Positions 27,709 to 37,207 of a stretch of 55,367 nucleotides of DNA are shown here, one piece after another. The DNA lies in the IMG/VR virus record IMGVR_UViG_3300020169_000001, one strand, 5' to 3'. Made by a program: the position numbers and the translations under genes. The DNA comes from a virus. The notes under the pieces are model-generated. The model made no database searches and had not been told where the DNA came from. It saw nothing but the letters and a program-made list of their open reading frames with translations. Position 1 is the first letter of the stretch, and every line of letters begins with the position of its first letter.

Positions 27709-29603
27709 ACTAGATCCACGATCTCACAGCTGTCACCAGAGCAGGCCATAGTCTGCATGGACACTGTGTTATCTTCACTCTCGTAGTCGTTAAGCTCTTC
27801 CCAGTCAATGCTGTCTGGCATAAGTGCAAGCATCTCTTCGTACTCTTCCTTAGTGCAGTCCTGATAAGGTGCTTGCTGGTAAGTATGATCTGAGTGTGGC
27901 AGGAATGATACACCTGACATCTCATCAAAGTGTTCATATACAAACGCTCCCACAGACATCCAATCAGAATCCCGAACTGAGATAGTTACACTTGGCTTAT
28001 GCTCACACCAGTGTCGCTGATAGGTGAGCCACAACTCAAGCTGCTCTACAGCAGTCATATCATTACGTGTGACAGCCTGCTCAGGAGACTTAACAGGGAA
28101 GCTAAACACTACAGTAGAGTCAGGCTTCATGACGCAAGGCTCATTAGGAATACCTTGGTCAATCATGAACTGCGTCAGAGGGTCTTTGCTGTCACCACGC
28201 ACAGTGCGAATGTAATAGGGGCTGTGACGAGCATGAATACCAGAAGCAGAGTCAACCAGCTGTGATACCGTACCGGAAGGTTTAACGCAGCTGATACTAG
28301 CAGAAGCAGGGATGCCAAGAAGTTCAGCCCACTCAGCGTTAGTAGCCACAGCAATGGATCGTAAATGCTCAAGGGTTTTCTCCAGTCCTTTGTTCTTGTT
28401 TGTCATAAGAGGGTTGTCCATGATGCCTGTCATAGACACACCAAGCAAGCGCTCTTCTGCTGTGTTGTTCTGCCAGACCTTACGCAGATAGGGGAACTTA
28501 ATCATGGTAGACTGGATCGTACCTAAGATGGTAGCCAGCTTAACCTTACGCTCAAGATCCTCAATAGTATCAGTAGCACGTACTACGCACTCTGTTAGGT
28601 TGCAAAACTGATATGGGCGTAAAATGATTTCAGAACAAGGGTTTGTACCGAACTCATAGTTAGGATCACGCCGCCCAAACTTAGCTGCTTGTTTCTTGGA
28701 TGCCTCACGATTGAAGATACCACGCTCACCAGACTTAGACTCAACCAGTGCAAGCCACTCACGCATGAATGTTTCCATGTCTGGCTTCTCAGTGTACGAC
28801 ACAGAGTTGTTAGCCAAGGCACGATGACCAGCAGTTTCCCACCACTGTCCTGACTTAGCGTGACGCATACGGTCATCACTCAGGTTAGACAGACTGATCA
28901 TAGCTGAACGTCTCACACCGCCTACAACCACGATCTGACCAATGAAGCACATCAGATCATGACACTCCATAGAGCTAAGCTTGCGTCCTTGTGCCGCCTT
29001 GAAGGTAGACACAGCAAAGTTAAATAGTTCTACGAGTGGCGCTGGGCCTGACGCTCTACCGCCAAATGTTTTAAGTCTTGCACCAGCAGGACGAACTTGG
29101 GATACATCCCACTTAGGAATCTCACCAGCCCACAGGAGTGCAAGAACTTGACGGAACCCCTTAGCCCAGCCTTCCTTACTGTCCTTAACGACAACGATAG
29201 ACTCACTCTGGAACAACTCAGGCACTTCTGGGAGCTTGCTGATGAACTGGCGCTCGACACTGAACCCGACACCAGTGCCGCAGAGGAGGATGTACATAGC
29301 CTCATCAAAGGACTTAGGGTCATCTACGGGTAGGTAGCTACAGTTGTAGCCTGCAGTGTTGTCACGATCAAGCGCTGGCCCAGCTGTCATCATAGCTCTC
29401 ATGGAGGGCATGATCTCTTGACCAAGGATAGCCTGCTCAATGTCGTTGATGTAAGAGTTGTCACCTGTCACACGGCGCACTACGTTATCCATGTAGCGGC
29501 TTACTGTCTTACCCCATGACTCACGGCCTTCGCCGTCAAAGTACTTGGCGTAGCGTGACTTGTGAATGAATGCTTGATAGTCTGTTGGTAGTTGATTGCT
29601 CAT
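27705..29603 (-). CDS. ribonucleotide reductase, probably class II (single-subunit, B12-dependent type)
   Basis: NPCSEI active-site loop and a C-terminal CSGDSCEI redox pair. No NrdB-like gene is visible anywhere in the genome. The class assignment is inferential. Confidence 0.7.
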   Translation of the reverse strand: MSNQLPTDYQAFIHKSRYAKYFDGEGRESWGKTVSRYMDNVVRRVTGDNSYINDIEQAILGQEIMPSMRAMMTAGPALDRDNTAGYNCSYLPVDDPKSFDEAMYILLCGTGVGFSVERQFISKLPEVPELFQSESIVVVKDSKEGWAKGFRQVLALLWAGEIPKWDVSQVRPAGARLKTFGGRASGPAPLVELFNFAVSTFKAAQGRKLSSMECHDLMCFIGQIVVVGGVRRSAMISLSNLSDDRMRHAKSGQWWETAGHRALANNSVSYTEKPDMETFMREWLALVESKSGERGIFNREASKKQAAKFGRRDPNYEFGTNPCSEIILRPYQFCNLTECVVRATDTIEDLERKVKLATILGTIQSTMIKFPYLRKVWQNNTAEERLLGVSMTGIMDNPLMTNKNKGLEKTLEHLRSIAVATNAEWAELLGIPASASISCVKPSGTVSQLVDSASGIHARHSPYYIRTVRGDSKDPLTQFMIDQGIPNEPCVMKPDSTVVFSFPVKSPEQAVTRNDMTAVEQLELWLTYQRHWCEHKPSVTISVRDSDWMSVGAFVYEHFDEMSGVSFLPHSDHTYQQAPYQDCTKEEYEEMLALMPDSIDWEELNDYESEDNTVSMQTMACSGDSCEIVDLV

Positions 29604-29959
29604 CGGTTGTCACCTGATCCTTTAATAACGCCACGTCTTGCACGGCTGTTTAGTTTGTCCATATTAGTTTGCAGTACGTCTGTCAGATCACTGTAAAAGT
29701 AATTAGCTAGGGCTGTAGCGTAGAACACAACATCTCCTAACTCTTTAACGATGTCTTCCTTATTGATCTTAGTGTTATCCCTACGGTATTTCTTAATCTT
29801 CTCAGCTACTTCACCTGCCTCACCAACCAAACCTAAAATGTTTTCAACAAGTCTGTCATCTCCTTCTGTGACAATTTTATCTTCTACCCAATAAGAGTAC
29901 TCTTGGGTATCAACATTAGTCATAGCAGCAAACGCATCTATATCTTCTTGTGTAATCAT
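29600..29959 (-). CDS. mazG: MazG-like nucleotide pyrophosphohydrolase
   Basis: EAGEVAEKIKK ... ELGDVVFYATALA motifs in a 119-aa protein. Confidence 0.75.
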   Translation of the reverse strand: MITQEDIDAFAAMTNVDTQEYSYWVEDKIVTEGDDRLVENILGLVGEAGEVAEKIKKYRRDNTKINKEDIVKELGDVVFYATALANYFYSDLTDVLQTNMDKLNSRARRGVIKGSGDNR

Positions 29960-30123
29960 TGTCTCTCCTTGACGTTTAAGTTCTCAATCTCCACATCATC
30001 TACATCATAGATAACATCTGTAATCAAGTCATGAATGTCTTGCTCATGACTGTCTTCGTAGGATGATAGTATGTTATTATTCTTATCAACCTTCATAACA
30101 AAAGTAACACTAAACTTCTTCAT
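29956..30123 (-). CDS. 55-aa acidic hypothetical protein (below the ORF-track cutoff)
   Basis: ATGA overlaps at both ends (30120-30123 and 29956-29959). It fills the gap. Confidence 0.45.
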   Translation of the reverse strand: MKKFSVTFVMKVDKNNNILSSYEDSHEQDIHDLITDVIYDVDDVEIENLNVKERQ

Positions 30124-30473
30124 GCGCTTCCCTGTGTCTTAGACCAGCGTGTAAGTGTAACTACATTATCCTCTACTTCATACGCTGTAGCTTCTGCTTG
30201 CTCTTGTTCTGCTTCTGCATACTGATCGGGAAACATCTCTTGAATAATACCCTGCCGTAGATCTGCAAAGTCTTCCCAAGCATCAGGGTAAAGCTCTAAG
30301 AACTGCTGTGCTGCAGACATAGTGAGTGCCTCATCAAGAGCAGCCCTCATGCCATCCTCTGAACCAGCCGAACCAAAGACCATGCCAGTCTTGATACTGC
30401 CAGTCCACTCACCGTCCTCAACGACAGGAGATAATACAATAGCTACGTCACCAGGTTTAATCTCATAAGCCAC
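30120..30473 (-). CDS. acidic hypothetical protein
   Basis: 117-aa ORF, D/E-rich toward the C-terminus. Confidence 0.4.
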   Translation of the reverse strand: MAYEIKPGDVAIVLSPVVEDGEWTGSIKTGMVFGSAGSEDGMRAALDEALTMSAAQQFLELYPDAWEDFADLRQGIIQEMFPDQYAEAEQEQAEATAYEVEDNVVTLTRWSKTQGSA

Positions 30474-30901
30474 TACTCTCTCCTCTTAACTTTGACACGT
30501 TGCTCTTTCATTCGCTTGCCTTTCTCTTTGAGCCACTCTTCTGGTATCACACGATTAGCCCAGAGGAAACCCTTTTGATCGCACCAATCGCAGTACCTAC
30601 TCTTGGCTCCTTTGTAAAGCCTTGAATTAGCATTACTAAATACAAAACGAATATCTAGTGTAGGATGCTGACGCTGTATCTCTATATGTTTACGTCTATC
30701 TGCAGCAGAAAACAACCCCTTCAGCTCAATAATAATACCATTATCTAGCTCAAAGTCTGGTGTGTATGTACGATACTTTAGATCCTCCCACTCTATCTTT
30801 AGCTTTTCATAGGCTACAATCTTCTGCCTATCCTTGAGGTATGCAGCGGCCTCAACTTCAAGGCCACTGCGATATGTGCGAGAGTTATGCTTTCTAGGCA
30901 T
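30473..30901 (-). CDS. T7-type endonuclease I (Holliday junction resolvase)
   Basis: SGLEVEAAAYL...YTPDFELDNGIIIELKGLFSAADRRKHIEIQRQHPTLDIRFVFSNANSRLYKG aligns by eye with T7 gp3 (YTPDFLLPNGIFVETKGLWESDDRKKHLLIREQHPELDIRIVF). Confidence 0.85.
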   Translation of the reverse strand: MPRKHNSRTYRSGLEVEAAAYLKDRQKIVAYEKLKIEWEDLKYRTYTPDFELDNGIIIELKGLFSAADRRKHIEIQRQHPTLDIRFVFSNANSRLYKGAKSRYCDWCDQKGFLWANRVIPEEWLKEKGKRMKEQRVKVKRRE

Positions 30902-31763
30902 CTACATACTCAGGTGCAATGTAAGTGTAGTCCACAAGTTGCGGGTTTTTGGATTTACTTGGGATGCTTGGGCGTGTCTCAAAGTTGTCATGACACTTAT
31001 GTTTAAAGCTACAGAATTTACAGTCATCAGGTAGCACCCAGTTGCCTGTCTTCTTACGGTAGAAGGATTCCTCTACAGGCTCAAAGCAACGCTCAAACGG
31101 TTCATCGTTATCAATGTAGTCTACGGTAGCTTGAATGTCGGCTAGAACTGCCTCCTTGTCTACATCCTCAGAGGCGTCCACATACTTGAATTGACCATTT
31201 GCTTTGTTGACTACCCACCAGCCACCTACATCCTTTCCAGCGGCCTCTGCGTAGCCCACAAGCTGTGCTACATAGCCAAAGCCATCCTTGTAGGCGAGTG
31301 AACCAAAGGATGCAAACTTGTTATCATAGGACCAAGGCGAGGCAGACTTAACATCGTCAATGCGCCCATCCATCTCCATGTCATACTCACCCTTGATCTC
31401 CTGACCATGAGGTAGCTTGAGAGTAACACGCTTGTTATCCTCAAACTCTATGCCTGCTGAACGTAGGATACCCTTAAACACAGCCTCAACTATATCGCCA
31501 AGGATCATGTTCATCAGGAAGTGTGGAGGGAAAGGTGTCTTGTCTTCTGGGTCATTCTTGTCAAACCATAGCTGACACTTAGGCCTACCGATATTAGACA
31601 TCCGTAAGCGAAAATCATCACGAGGACCACCTGAGAATTGCTTATACAAAGCAGCCTCAACATCGGAGGCGACTTGTTTAGCCACCTCCTCTGTCATAGT
31701 AGTCTCACCAGCCATAGCCTTCTGCAAGAAAGAGAAAACAGCTATCTCTGCAGGATGAGTCAT
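30894..31763 (-). CDS. Cas4/RecB-family PD-(D/E)xK exonuclease with 4-Cys cluster
   Basis: IDDVK nuclease motif, plus one N-terminal Cys (PKCQLW) and C-terminal CKFCSFKHKC (C-x2-C-x5-C). Confidence 0.65.
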   Translation of the reverse strand: MTHPAEIAVFSFLQKAMAGETTMTEEVAKQVASDVEAALYKQFSGGPRDDFRLRMSNIGRPKCQLWFDKNDPEDKTPFPPHFLMNMILGDIVEAVFKGILRSAGIEFEDNKRVTLKLPHGQEIKGEYDMEMDGRIDDVKSASPWSYDNKFASFGSLAYKDGFGYVAQLVGYAEAAGKDVGGWWVVNKANGQFKYVDASEDVDKEAVLADIQATVDYIDNDEPFERCFEPVEESFYRKKTGNWVLPDDCKFCSFKHKCHDNFETRPSIPSKSKNPQLVDYTYIAPEYVDA

Positions 31764-32665
31764 TAGTATGGTGCCTCTTCTACATCAATAATAGAACCTA
31801 CAAGTGCTGCATCTTCCTTGCTCATACTTGTATTGGAACGCTCAATGTGTAGATCCATGATCTTACCATTTGAGTAGCTGACATAATCCAAGAAGTCTGA
31901 AGCTACTTTCCTCATAGCTGCAGTGTCTTCGTCTGACTCCTGTACAATCTCTCCTACAGAAGAAGTAATGTAGCCATAGATAGCACCTGTAGGAATAGAA
32001 GCCTCTGCACCACTAAGGATAACCTTAGCCATGTGAGTTTTGACGTTCTTGCGCTCAATAGCTTTTTCAGTAGCTGCAAGGCTCTTGAGGCTATCGTTAT
32101 TTTTAACATCCATAACGAATGGGATATCAACATACTCACCAGCAGTAGGTTGTCCTGCATCATCAAGAGGAGCTTTAACTGTAAGTGTACCCATGAAGAT
32201 CTTCACACGTTTAGCTGAGCGAATAATCTCCTTAGTAGCTTCAGGTAGTGCGTTCCAATCCTGAATGTAACCAGAGGGACGGCCTAAGTTAAAGCCACCA
32301 GTGCTATCCTTTAAGTCGCTGTAAGTAGAACGACTCATAACGGACTTCTCCATCTCATTAGATGAAGCATTCCACCGCTGAAACTGAAAGCGATGCGTGA
32401 TTATACGAACCTCTACGCTTTTTGCATAGAAGACATTATCACCAAGTGTGATCTTGTAAGACCCAACAGGTACAACGTCTGTCTTGATCTTCTCACCACC
32501 AAATTCTTTCTCGCCTTTAATGGCTGTACTCAACACGTTAACACGAGCCAGAGAAGATCGTGATTGTGTCTGTGGTCTAGGTTCACCTATTAGCTCTGCT
32601 AATGGGTCTACCCAACCTGTTGTTGCTAGTTCTGTACTCATCTGTATATCCTTTACTACAGTCAA
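31763..32665 (-). CDS. putative ssDNA-binding / annealing protein with acidic aromatic C-terminal tail
   Basis: 300 aa, lying between the nuclease and the DNA polymerase. It ends ...IIDVEEAPY, analogous to the acidic aromatic tail of T7 gp2.5. Confidence 0.45.
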   Translation of the reverse strand: MTVVKDIQMSTELATTGWVDPLAELIGEPRPQTQSRSSLARVNVLSTAIKGEKEFGGEKIKTDVVPVGSYKITLGDNVFYAKSVEVRIITHRFQFQRWNASSNEMEKSVMSRSTYSDLKDSTGGFNLGRPSGYIQDWNALPEATKEIIRSAKRVKIFMGTLTVKAPLDDAGQPTAGEYVDIPFVMDVKNNDSLKSLAATEKAIERKNVKTHMAKVILSGAEASIPTGAIYGYITSSVGEIVQESDEDTAAMRKVASDFLDYVSYSNGKIMDLHIERSNTSMSKEDAALVGSIIDVEEAPY

Positions 32666-32684
32666 AAAGAGTCTTAGTTATACC

Positions 32685-34733
32685 TCATACGTCTCTTACG
32701 TCAAGCCAATTCGGCCCGATTTTAGATTCTAATAATAGAGGCACATTCATTTTTACGTTATAGGCTTTCTCAATTAAGTCTGTCAAGCCCTCATTCATGT
32801 CTTCTATAATACTTAACACTGTCTCCTTCTCCTCTGGGTGAATGTCTATAACCGTTGAGTCGTGAACAGTATTCACTAAGCAAGATTGTAGCCCCTTCAA
32901 CCGCTCCTCCAGTTCAATTAGCACAACAGGAACAACATCACCAGTAGCAAAACCCTGCACTGGATAGTTCTTAATCATGGTGAAGTGTGATACACCACCA
33001 CGAGCGTTGCGCTTAACATCAGGGAATGCGTACTGCCGCCCTGACACATTAGTAATCTTGTTAAACCGTACAGCTTCATCAGCTAAGTTCTTGTGCCAGT
33101 TAGCTACACCCTGATACTTCTCATTGAAGTGGATGTAGTAGGCTTCCTCTGCCTTAGATCTGCCATAACCTGTAGCACCAAAGAGAGGTGCAAAGGTATG
33201 AGCCTTGGCTTCCTGACGTGACGTAGGCTGTCCTGCATCAGAGATAACCTGTGCAGTATAGCTGTGTACGTCAAAGCCCGTGTTGATCTCTTCCATAGCA
33301 ACTTCATCCTGAGCCAAGTATGCAGCCGTTCTAAATTCAAGTTGAGCAAAGTCAGCCTCACAGATGTAGCCGCCATCCCAGCGAGACACAAACACTTTCT
33401 TTACGGGAAACGTCCCGCCTCTTGGCATGTTTTGCATGTTGGGGTTTCTTCCAGAAAATCTACCTGTACTGGTAATATGCTGAGTGAGTCCCACATGCAG
33501 GAATCCGTCTGACTTGGTGAAGGTGTCGATACCTTCCACAAAACTAGAGAGGTAGCTACTAACAGCAGAAAGACGCTTAAGGTCAGTAAGAAACTCAACA
33601 GCAGCATCCATATTGTTCGTTTTAGCAGTTCCCACAAGTACATCTAAGTTATCCTTCCCTGTACTAAACCCGTTAGCACTTACCCACTTCTTGCTTGGCG
33701 CACCAAAGCCTAGACCAGCTATATGATTAAGCTCTTTCAAGCCGTAGCCACGAGCATCACAGTCCTTACACTTGTTAGGTTTAGCAAACTTAGTGCCATC
33801 CTTTTTGATCTTGTAAGTCTTACCTGTACCCTCACATGTAGGACAGGTAAAAGCTTTTGTACGTTTTATGATAGTACTGTTAGCTTCTACAGCCTGCTTA
33901 AACTCCTTCTTGTCACGCACATGCTCAAACAAGTCAGCCCACTCTTTCTTGTTGTTAACCTTACGAGAGAAGACCACCTGAGACATCTGCTCTGGTGAGT
34001 TAAGATTGATAGGTGTGTCACCCATTATCTCACGCACCTTATGCTGTAGCCGATCCTCAATGTCTGCCTTCTCACGTTCAAACTGTAAGCGTACATCATC
34101 TAAGGCTGTACGATCCACCCTGATTCCTGACATGTACATTCGGGTAAGGGTTTGACAGGTTCTGAAGGTAACGTCTCTAACGGTGTGTAGACTGGCTGAA
34201 TCGGGTTCACCGTAGTCTGCCTCAATGCTGTGGAACAACTCACGAGTTGTGTCGAGATCGCACCTAAGATAAAAGCAAAGCTCACTGAGAGGAATCTCAT
34301 TTGTATTATACCCTTCCTTAAAGTAACGCTTAAGGGTGTCATCCTTCTGAGCGTTAAGGTTGCGTCTCTCTGCACATGCTTCTAAGCTTAACGGCTCCTT
34401 CTGACCACGCAGTAGAATATACTCTGCAAGCATGGTGTCATAGATAGGCCCGTCATACTTAAAGCCACATTCCCATAGCCACATCAGATCGTGCTGCGCA
34501 TTGTGCATGATGAGAAGAGTAGTCATGTCTAAGATTTGTTGAATTAGCTTACGCCCAGCACCACTAGTGTCTTTCTTCTCAACGTGATCTAATGTTACAA
34601 TATGTAACTCTTCGTGATTATCTGCGTTCTGCATACCGACTTGCACAAGGAAGTTACCCTCCTCATATGGGTCTAGGTGTAGCTTATCCCTACGCCTGTT
34701 TGTTGTGTTCTCAACGTCTAGTACAAGTCTCAT
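32685..34733 (-). CDS. family A DNA polymerase with 3'-5' exonuclease domain and inserted zinc finger
   Basis: Exo I at LDVENT. Pol motif A DFAQLEFR, motif B RQEAKAHTFAPLFG, motif C VHDS. CPTCEGTGK...CKDCDARGY lies between the exo and pol domains. Confidence 0.9.
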   Translation of the reverse strand: MRLVLDVENTTNRRRDKLHLDPYEEGNFLVQVGMQNADNHEELHIVTLDHVEKKDTSGAGRKLIQQILDMTTLLIMHNAQHDLMWLWECGFKYDGPIYDTMLAEYILLRGQKEPLSLEACAERRNLNAQKDDTLKRYFKEGYNTNEIPLSELCFYLRCDLDTTRELFHSIEADYGEPDSASLHTVRDVTFRTCQTLTRMYMSGIRVDRTALDDVRLQFEREKADIEDRLQHKVREIMGDTPINLNSPEQMSQVVFSRKVNNKKEWADLFEHVRDKKEFKQAVEANSTIIKRTKAFTCPTCEGTGKTYKIKKDGTKFAKPNKCKDCDARGYGLKELNHIAGLGFGAPSKKWVSANGFSTGKDNLDVLVGTAKTNNMDAAVEFLTDLKRLSAVSSYLSSFVEGIDTFTKSDGFLHVGLTQHITSTGRFSGRNPNMQNMPRGGTFPVKKVFVSRWDGGYICEADFAQLEFRTAAYLAQDEVAMEEINTGFDVHSYTAQVISDAGQPTSRQEAKAHTFAPLFGATGYGRSKAEEAYYIHFNEKYQGVANWHKNLADEAVRFNKITNVSGRQYAFPDVKRNARGGVSHFTMIKNYPVQGFATGDVVPVVLIELEERLKGLQSCLVNTVHDSTVIDIHPEEKETVLSIIEDMNEGLTDLIEKAYNVKMNVPLLLESKIGPNWLDVRDV

Positions 34734-34744
34734 CTCTCTCTCCT

Positions 34745-35971
34745 CTAGGCTTGATATAGTGATCTCGCCCCGTCTAACTCACAGTGTACTACACCGTGCC
34801 AACCACCCTTAAGCTTATTCTTAGCTATATTCAAGTGCCGTTGTGTATCTTCTTCATCAGCACCCTCAACAATGGGGTTCTTAGAGATCAGAACCATAAG
34901 GTCTGCCTCTGCTGCTTTACCTGTCTTACTGCCTTCCATCATGGATTGGTCTACATATACCTTACCCTCTGCTACAGCACTCAGCTGTGACATCCATACA
35001 ACACAACAGTTGTATTGCTTGGCAATGTTACGAGCATAGATAGCCGCATCTTTTAGGTACACATCGGACTTATCGCTAGTCTTACTGGCAAACTTATCAC
35101 CCATATCCAGGATCAGTATGTCGGGACGCTCTTGCTTAACCAGAGACTCAACCCACTGCATATCCTTGTTGGTGCTGTCCTTGATGCGAATGTTCTTCCT
35201 GACAGGTTCATAGCGGCTACGAGCAAGGGCTACGTTAGCCTTAACCTCATCCATGGACATGTTAGAGGCGGCACTCAAGTAACGTGCTCCTACACGCTCA
35301 TACGCTTCCTCATTACATAGCACAACACACTTAGCGCCTTGGTGCGCCCAACCCTCAGGTCCAGCAATGAGAGAAGCATGGAAGGATGTCTTACCTGTGT
35401 TAGGACGTGCGCCTACCAACAGTAAGTGACCACCACTGACACCCTCTACCTTGCGGCGTAGGCTAGGGATATTAAACTTCCATTGTGTCTGTAGATCGTT
35501 TGCCTTGAGTAGTGTGTCGATGCTGATGTCTTCCCACTCAATACGAAGGTTGGGGGTGAAGTCATCCTTGTAGTTCTCAAGCATACGTCTGAGAGGCTCT
35601 AGGCTGGTCTGTGTGCCGTTAACGAAGTCAAAGCCTAGGTTGGCTACCTGCTCACCTACATACTGCTGAAACATACTGCCAAGTACGTCTGTAGCGATAT
35701 CCTCTTTGATAGTGTCTTCTTTATTTATCTTGCGAAAGAGATCTTCATAGGCAGTTTTAGTAGCGGTTGTCATCGTCTGGTTCTGTGAGTAGAACAAAGC
35801 CTCTAGGTCTGACGTGTTTAGATCACCCTCATATTTACGCATAGCAGCATCTAGTGCCTGCTTGATCTTGCGTACATCCTTAGTGAAGATCTTATCAGGG
35901 CAGCGAATGCCCTTGTGTTGTTCATAGAAGTCACGGTTAAGTAACGTCTTAATTAGTGCCAGTTCCATCAT
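34745..35971 (-). CDS. DnaB/T7 gp4-like replicative helicase
   Basis: Walker A at GARPNTGKTSF, Walker B at ILILDMGDK, and VVWMSQL. Confidence 0.8.
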   Translation of the reverse strand: MMELALIKTLLNRDFYEQHKGIRCPDKIFTKDVRKIKQALDAAMRKYEGDLNTSDLEALFYSQNQTMTTATKTAYEDLFRKINKEDTIKEDIATDVLGSMFQQYVGEQVANLGFDFVNGTQTSLEPLRRMLENYKDDFTPNLRIEWEDISIDTLLKANDLQTQWKFNIPSLRRKVEGVSGGHLLLVGARPNTGKTSFHASLIAGPEGWAHQGAKCVVLCNEEAYERVGARYLSAASNMSMDEVKANVALARSRYEPVRKNIRIKDSTNKDMQWVESLVKQERPDILILDMGDKFASKTSDKSDVYLKDAAIYARNIAKQYNCCVVWMSQLSAVAEGKVYVDQSMMEGSKTGKAAEADLMVLISKNPIVEGADEEDTQRHLNIAKNKLKGGWHGVVHCELDGARSLYQA

Positions 35972-36161
35972 TGTCTTTCTCTCCTACAAAGATACGATAT
36001 AATACTTCCAGTGCAATCAAAGGCCACAGGAAAGCAAACTTGATAGGGCCAGAGTTATCCATCTCCTCATCCTCTGGCTCTACCATATGGTATAGTAAGG
36101 GTAGGGCTAACACATACATTGCGAATACGCCAGCGAAAAACCCTTGTCCTAGTTCATTCAT
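35949..36161 (-). CDS. small two-TM membrane protein
   Basis: 70 aa with two hydrophobic segments. Confidence 0.4.
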   Translation of the reverse strand: MNELGQGFFAGVFAMYVLALPLLYHMVEPEDEEMDNSGPIKFAFLWPLIALEVLYRIFVGEKDNDGTGTN

Positions 36162-36400
36162 ACTTGTGGCCTCTCAAATGATATGTAGAAAGCCCCTTCT
36201 TTACTGTTGTATGCTGCCATAATATCAATGAGTTGCTGATGGCTCATGATAACCATCTGGTAACAGTCCATGTCTGGTTCAAACTGTCGGATATATACAT
36301 CACCATCATCACCTAAGATGACTTCCACATCCTCGTGCATGTCATCCTGGTCTAGGGTTGTGATTACAGCAGCGTCTGATTCAAACTCAACTGTGTACAT
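36158..36400 (-). CDS. acidic hypothetical protein
   Basis: 80-aa ORF with an ATGA junction. Confidence 0.4.
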   Translation of the reverse strand: MYTVEFESDAAVITTLDQDDMHEDVEVILGDDGDVYIRQFEPDMDCYQMVIMSHQQLIDIMAAYNSKEGAFYISFERPQV

Positions 36401-36515
36401 CAGGTTGCTCCGCTACAAGAATGTTAACGTGAGCTACGTTACCTTCCACACGGGTGATGACATACTCAAGCCCTGCCTTGGTTAGTAACAAACGTAATTG
36501 ACCTATAGGTATCAT
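36387..36515 (-). CDS. possible 42-aa ORF
   Basis: ATGA overlap with the upstream stop (36512-36515). It fills the gap. Confidence 0.3.
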   Translation of the reverse strand: MIPIGQLRLLLTKAGLEYVITRVEGNVAHVNILVAEQPDVHS

Positions 36516-36832
36516 GTCTTATCCTTTCCATCTAGCTTTATCAGACGATCCAAGTACCACTGTGACTTGAGTAGATCCTCTTGTTTGTTCTTGTAACGCC
36601 AGCGGTGTAGGTACTTAGCTATGTTACCACGCAGGTAGCCTATGTATTCCTCTGTGGTGAGGAAGTCTTCAATGTAGTCAATGCACTCAATGCTACCCTT
36701 ACCATAGTGCGCTGGGTTGTTGACATTATCCGCTGCCGTAACAGGCGGTTCTATTCTATTATGCTCAGCCAATACACTCTCCTTAAAGTCCTGGTTCTCT
36801 TTCATCAAACGTTTCCATTCACTACGAATCAT
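36512..36832 (-). CDS. DUF3310-like phage protein
   Basis: NNPAHYGKGSIECIDYIEDFL...GNIAKYLHRWRYKNKQEDLLKSQWYLDRLI matches the DUF3310 pattern. The start is set at the ATGA junction at 36832. Confidence 0.6.
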   Translation of the reverse strand: MIRSEWKRLMKENQDFKESVLAEHNRIEPPVTAADNVNNPAHYGKGSIECIDYIEDFLTTEEYIGYLRGNIAKYLHRWRYKNKQEDLLKSQWYLDRLIKLDGKDKT

Positions 36833-37017
36833 TCTTCCTCCAGACAGAAGCCACACCATGTGTCCTTGCTTGCATTACCACAGCTGACACACTTGCGCCA
36901 CTTATTCTTTTCATCACGTTCTTGGGATGCCTTACGTTCCTCTGGTGTCATAGGTCTTATGTCACTAAAGTCTGCCTCTAAAGGCCACTCATTGTCTGTC
37001 ACGGAGTACATCCTCAT
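36829..37017 (-). CDS. small zinc-ribbon protein
   Basis: C-terminal CVSCGN...CGFC motif. The start is uncertain (37017 or 37011). Confidence 0.4.
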   Translation of the reverse strand: MRMYSVTDNEWPLEADFSDIRPMTPEERKASQERDEKNKWRKCVSCGNASKDTWCGFCLEEE

Positions 37018-37207
37018 ACTTGTTGAACAACTGCTCAAACTTCCACTGGTACACTTGCTGCATACCAAGCAGGGCGTTCATCAGTTCGTCTTGTGTAGGC
37101 TCACGTTCACCGTCACCTATCTGTTTGAACACTACCTGTAGGTCATCGCATACATGCCAGCAGTCCATTATCATTTGCTCTAAGTCATACAGTTTAGTCA
37201 TCTTCAT
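36989..37207 (-). CDS. hypothetical small protein
   Basis: 72-aa ORF. The likely start is ATG 37201, which follows GGAGG. Confidence 0.4.
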   Translation of the reverse strand: MKMTKLYDLEQMIMDCWHVCDDLQVVFKQIGDGEREPTQDELMNALLGMQQVYQWKFEQLFNKYEDVLRDRQ

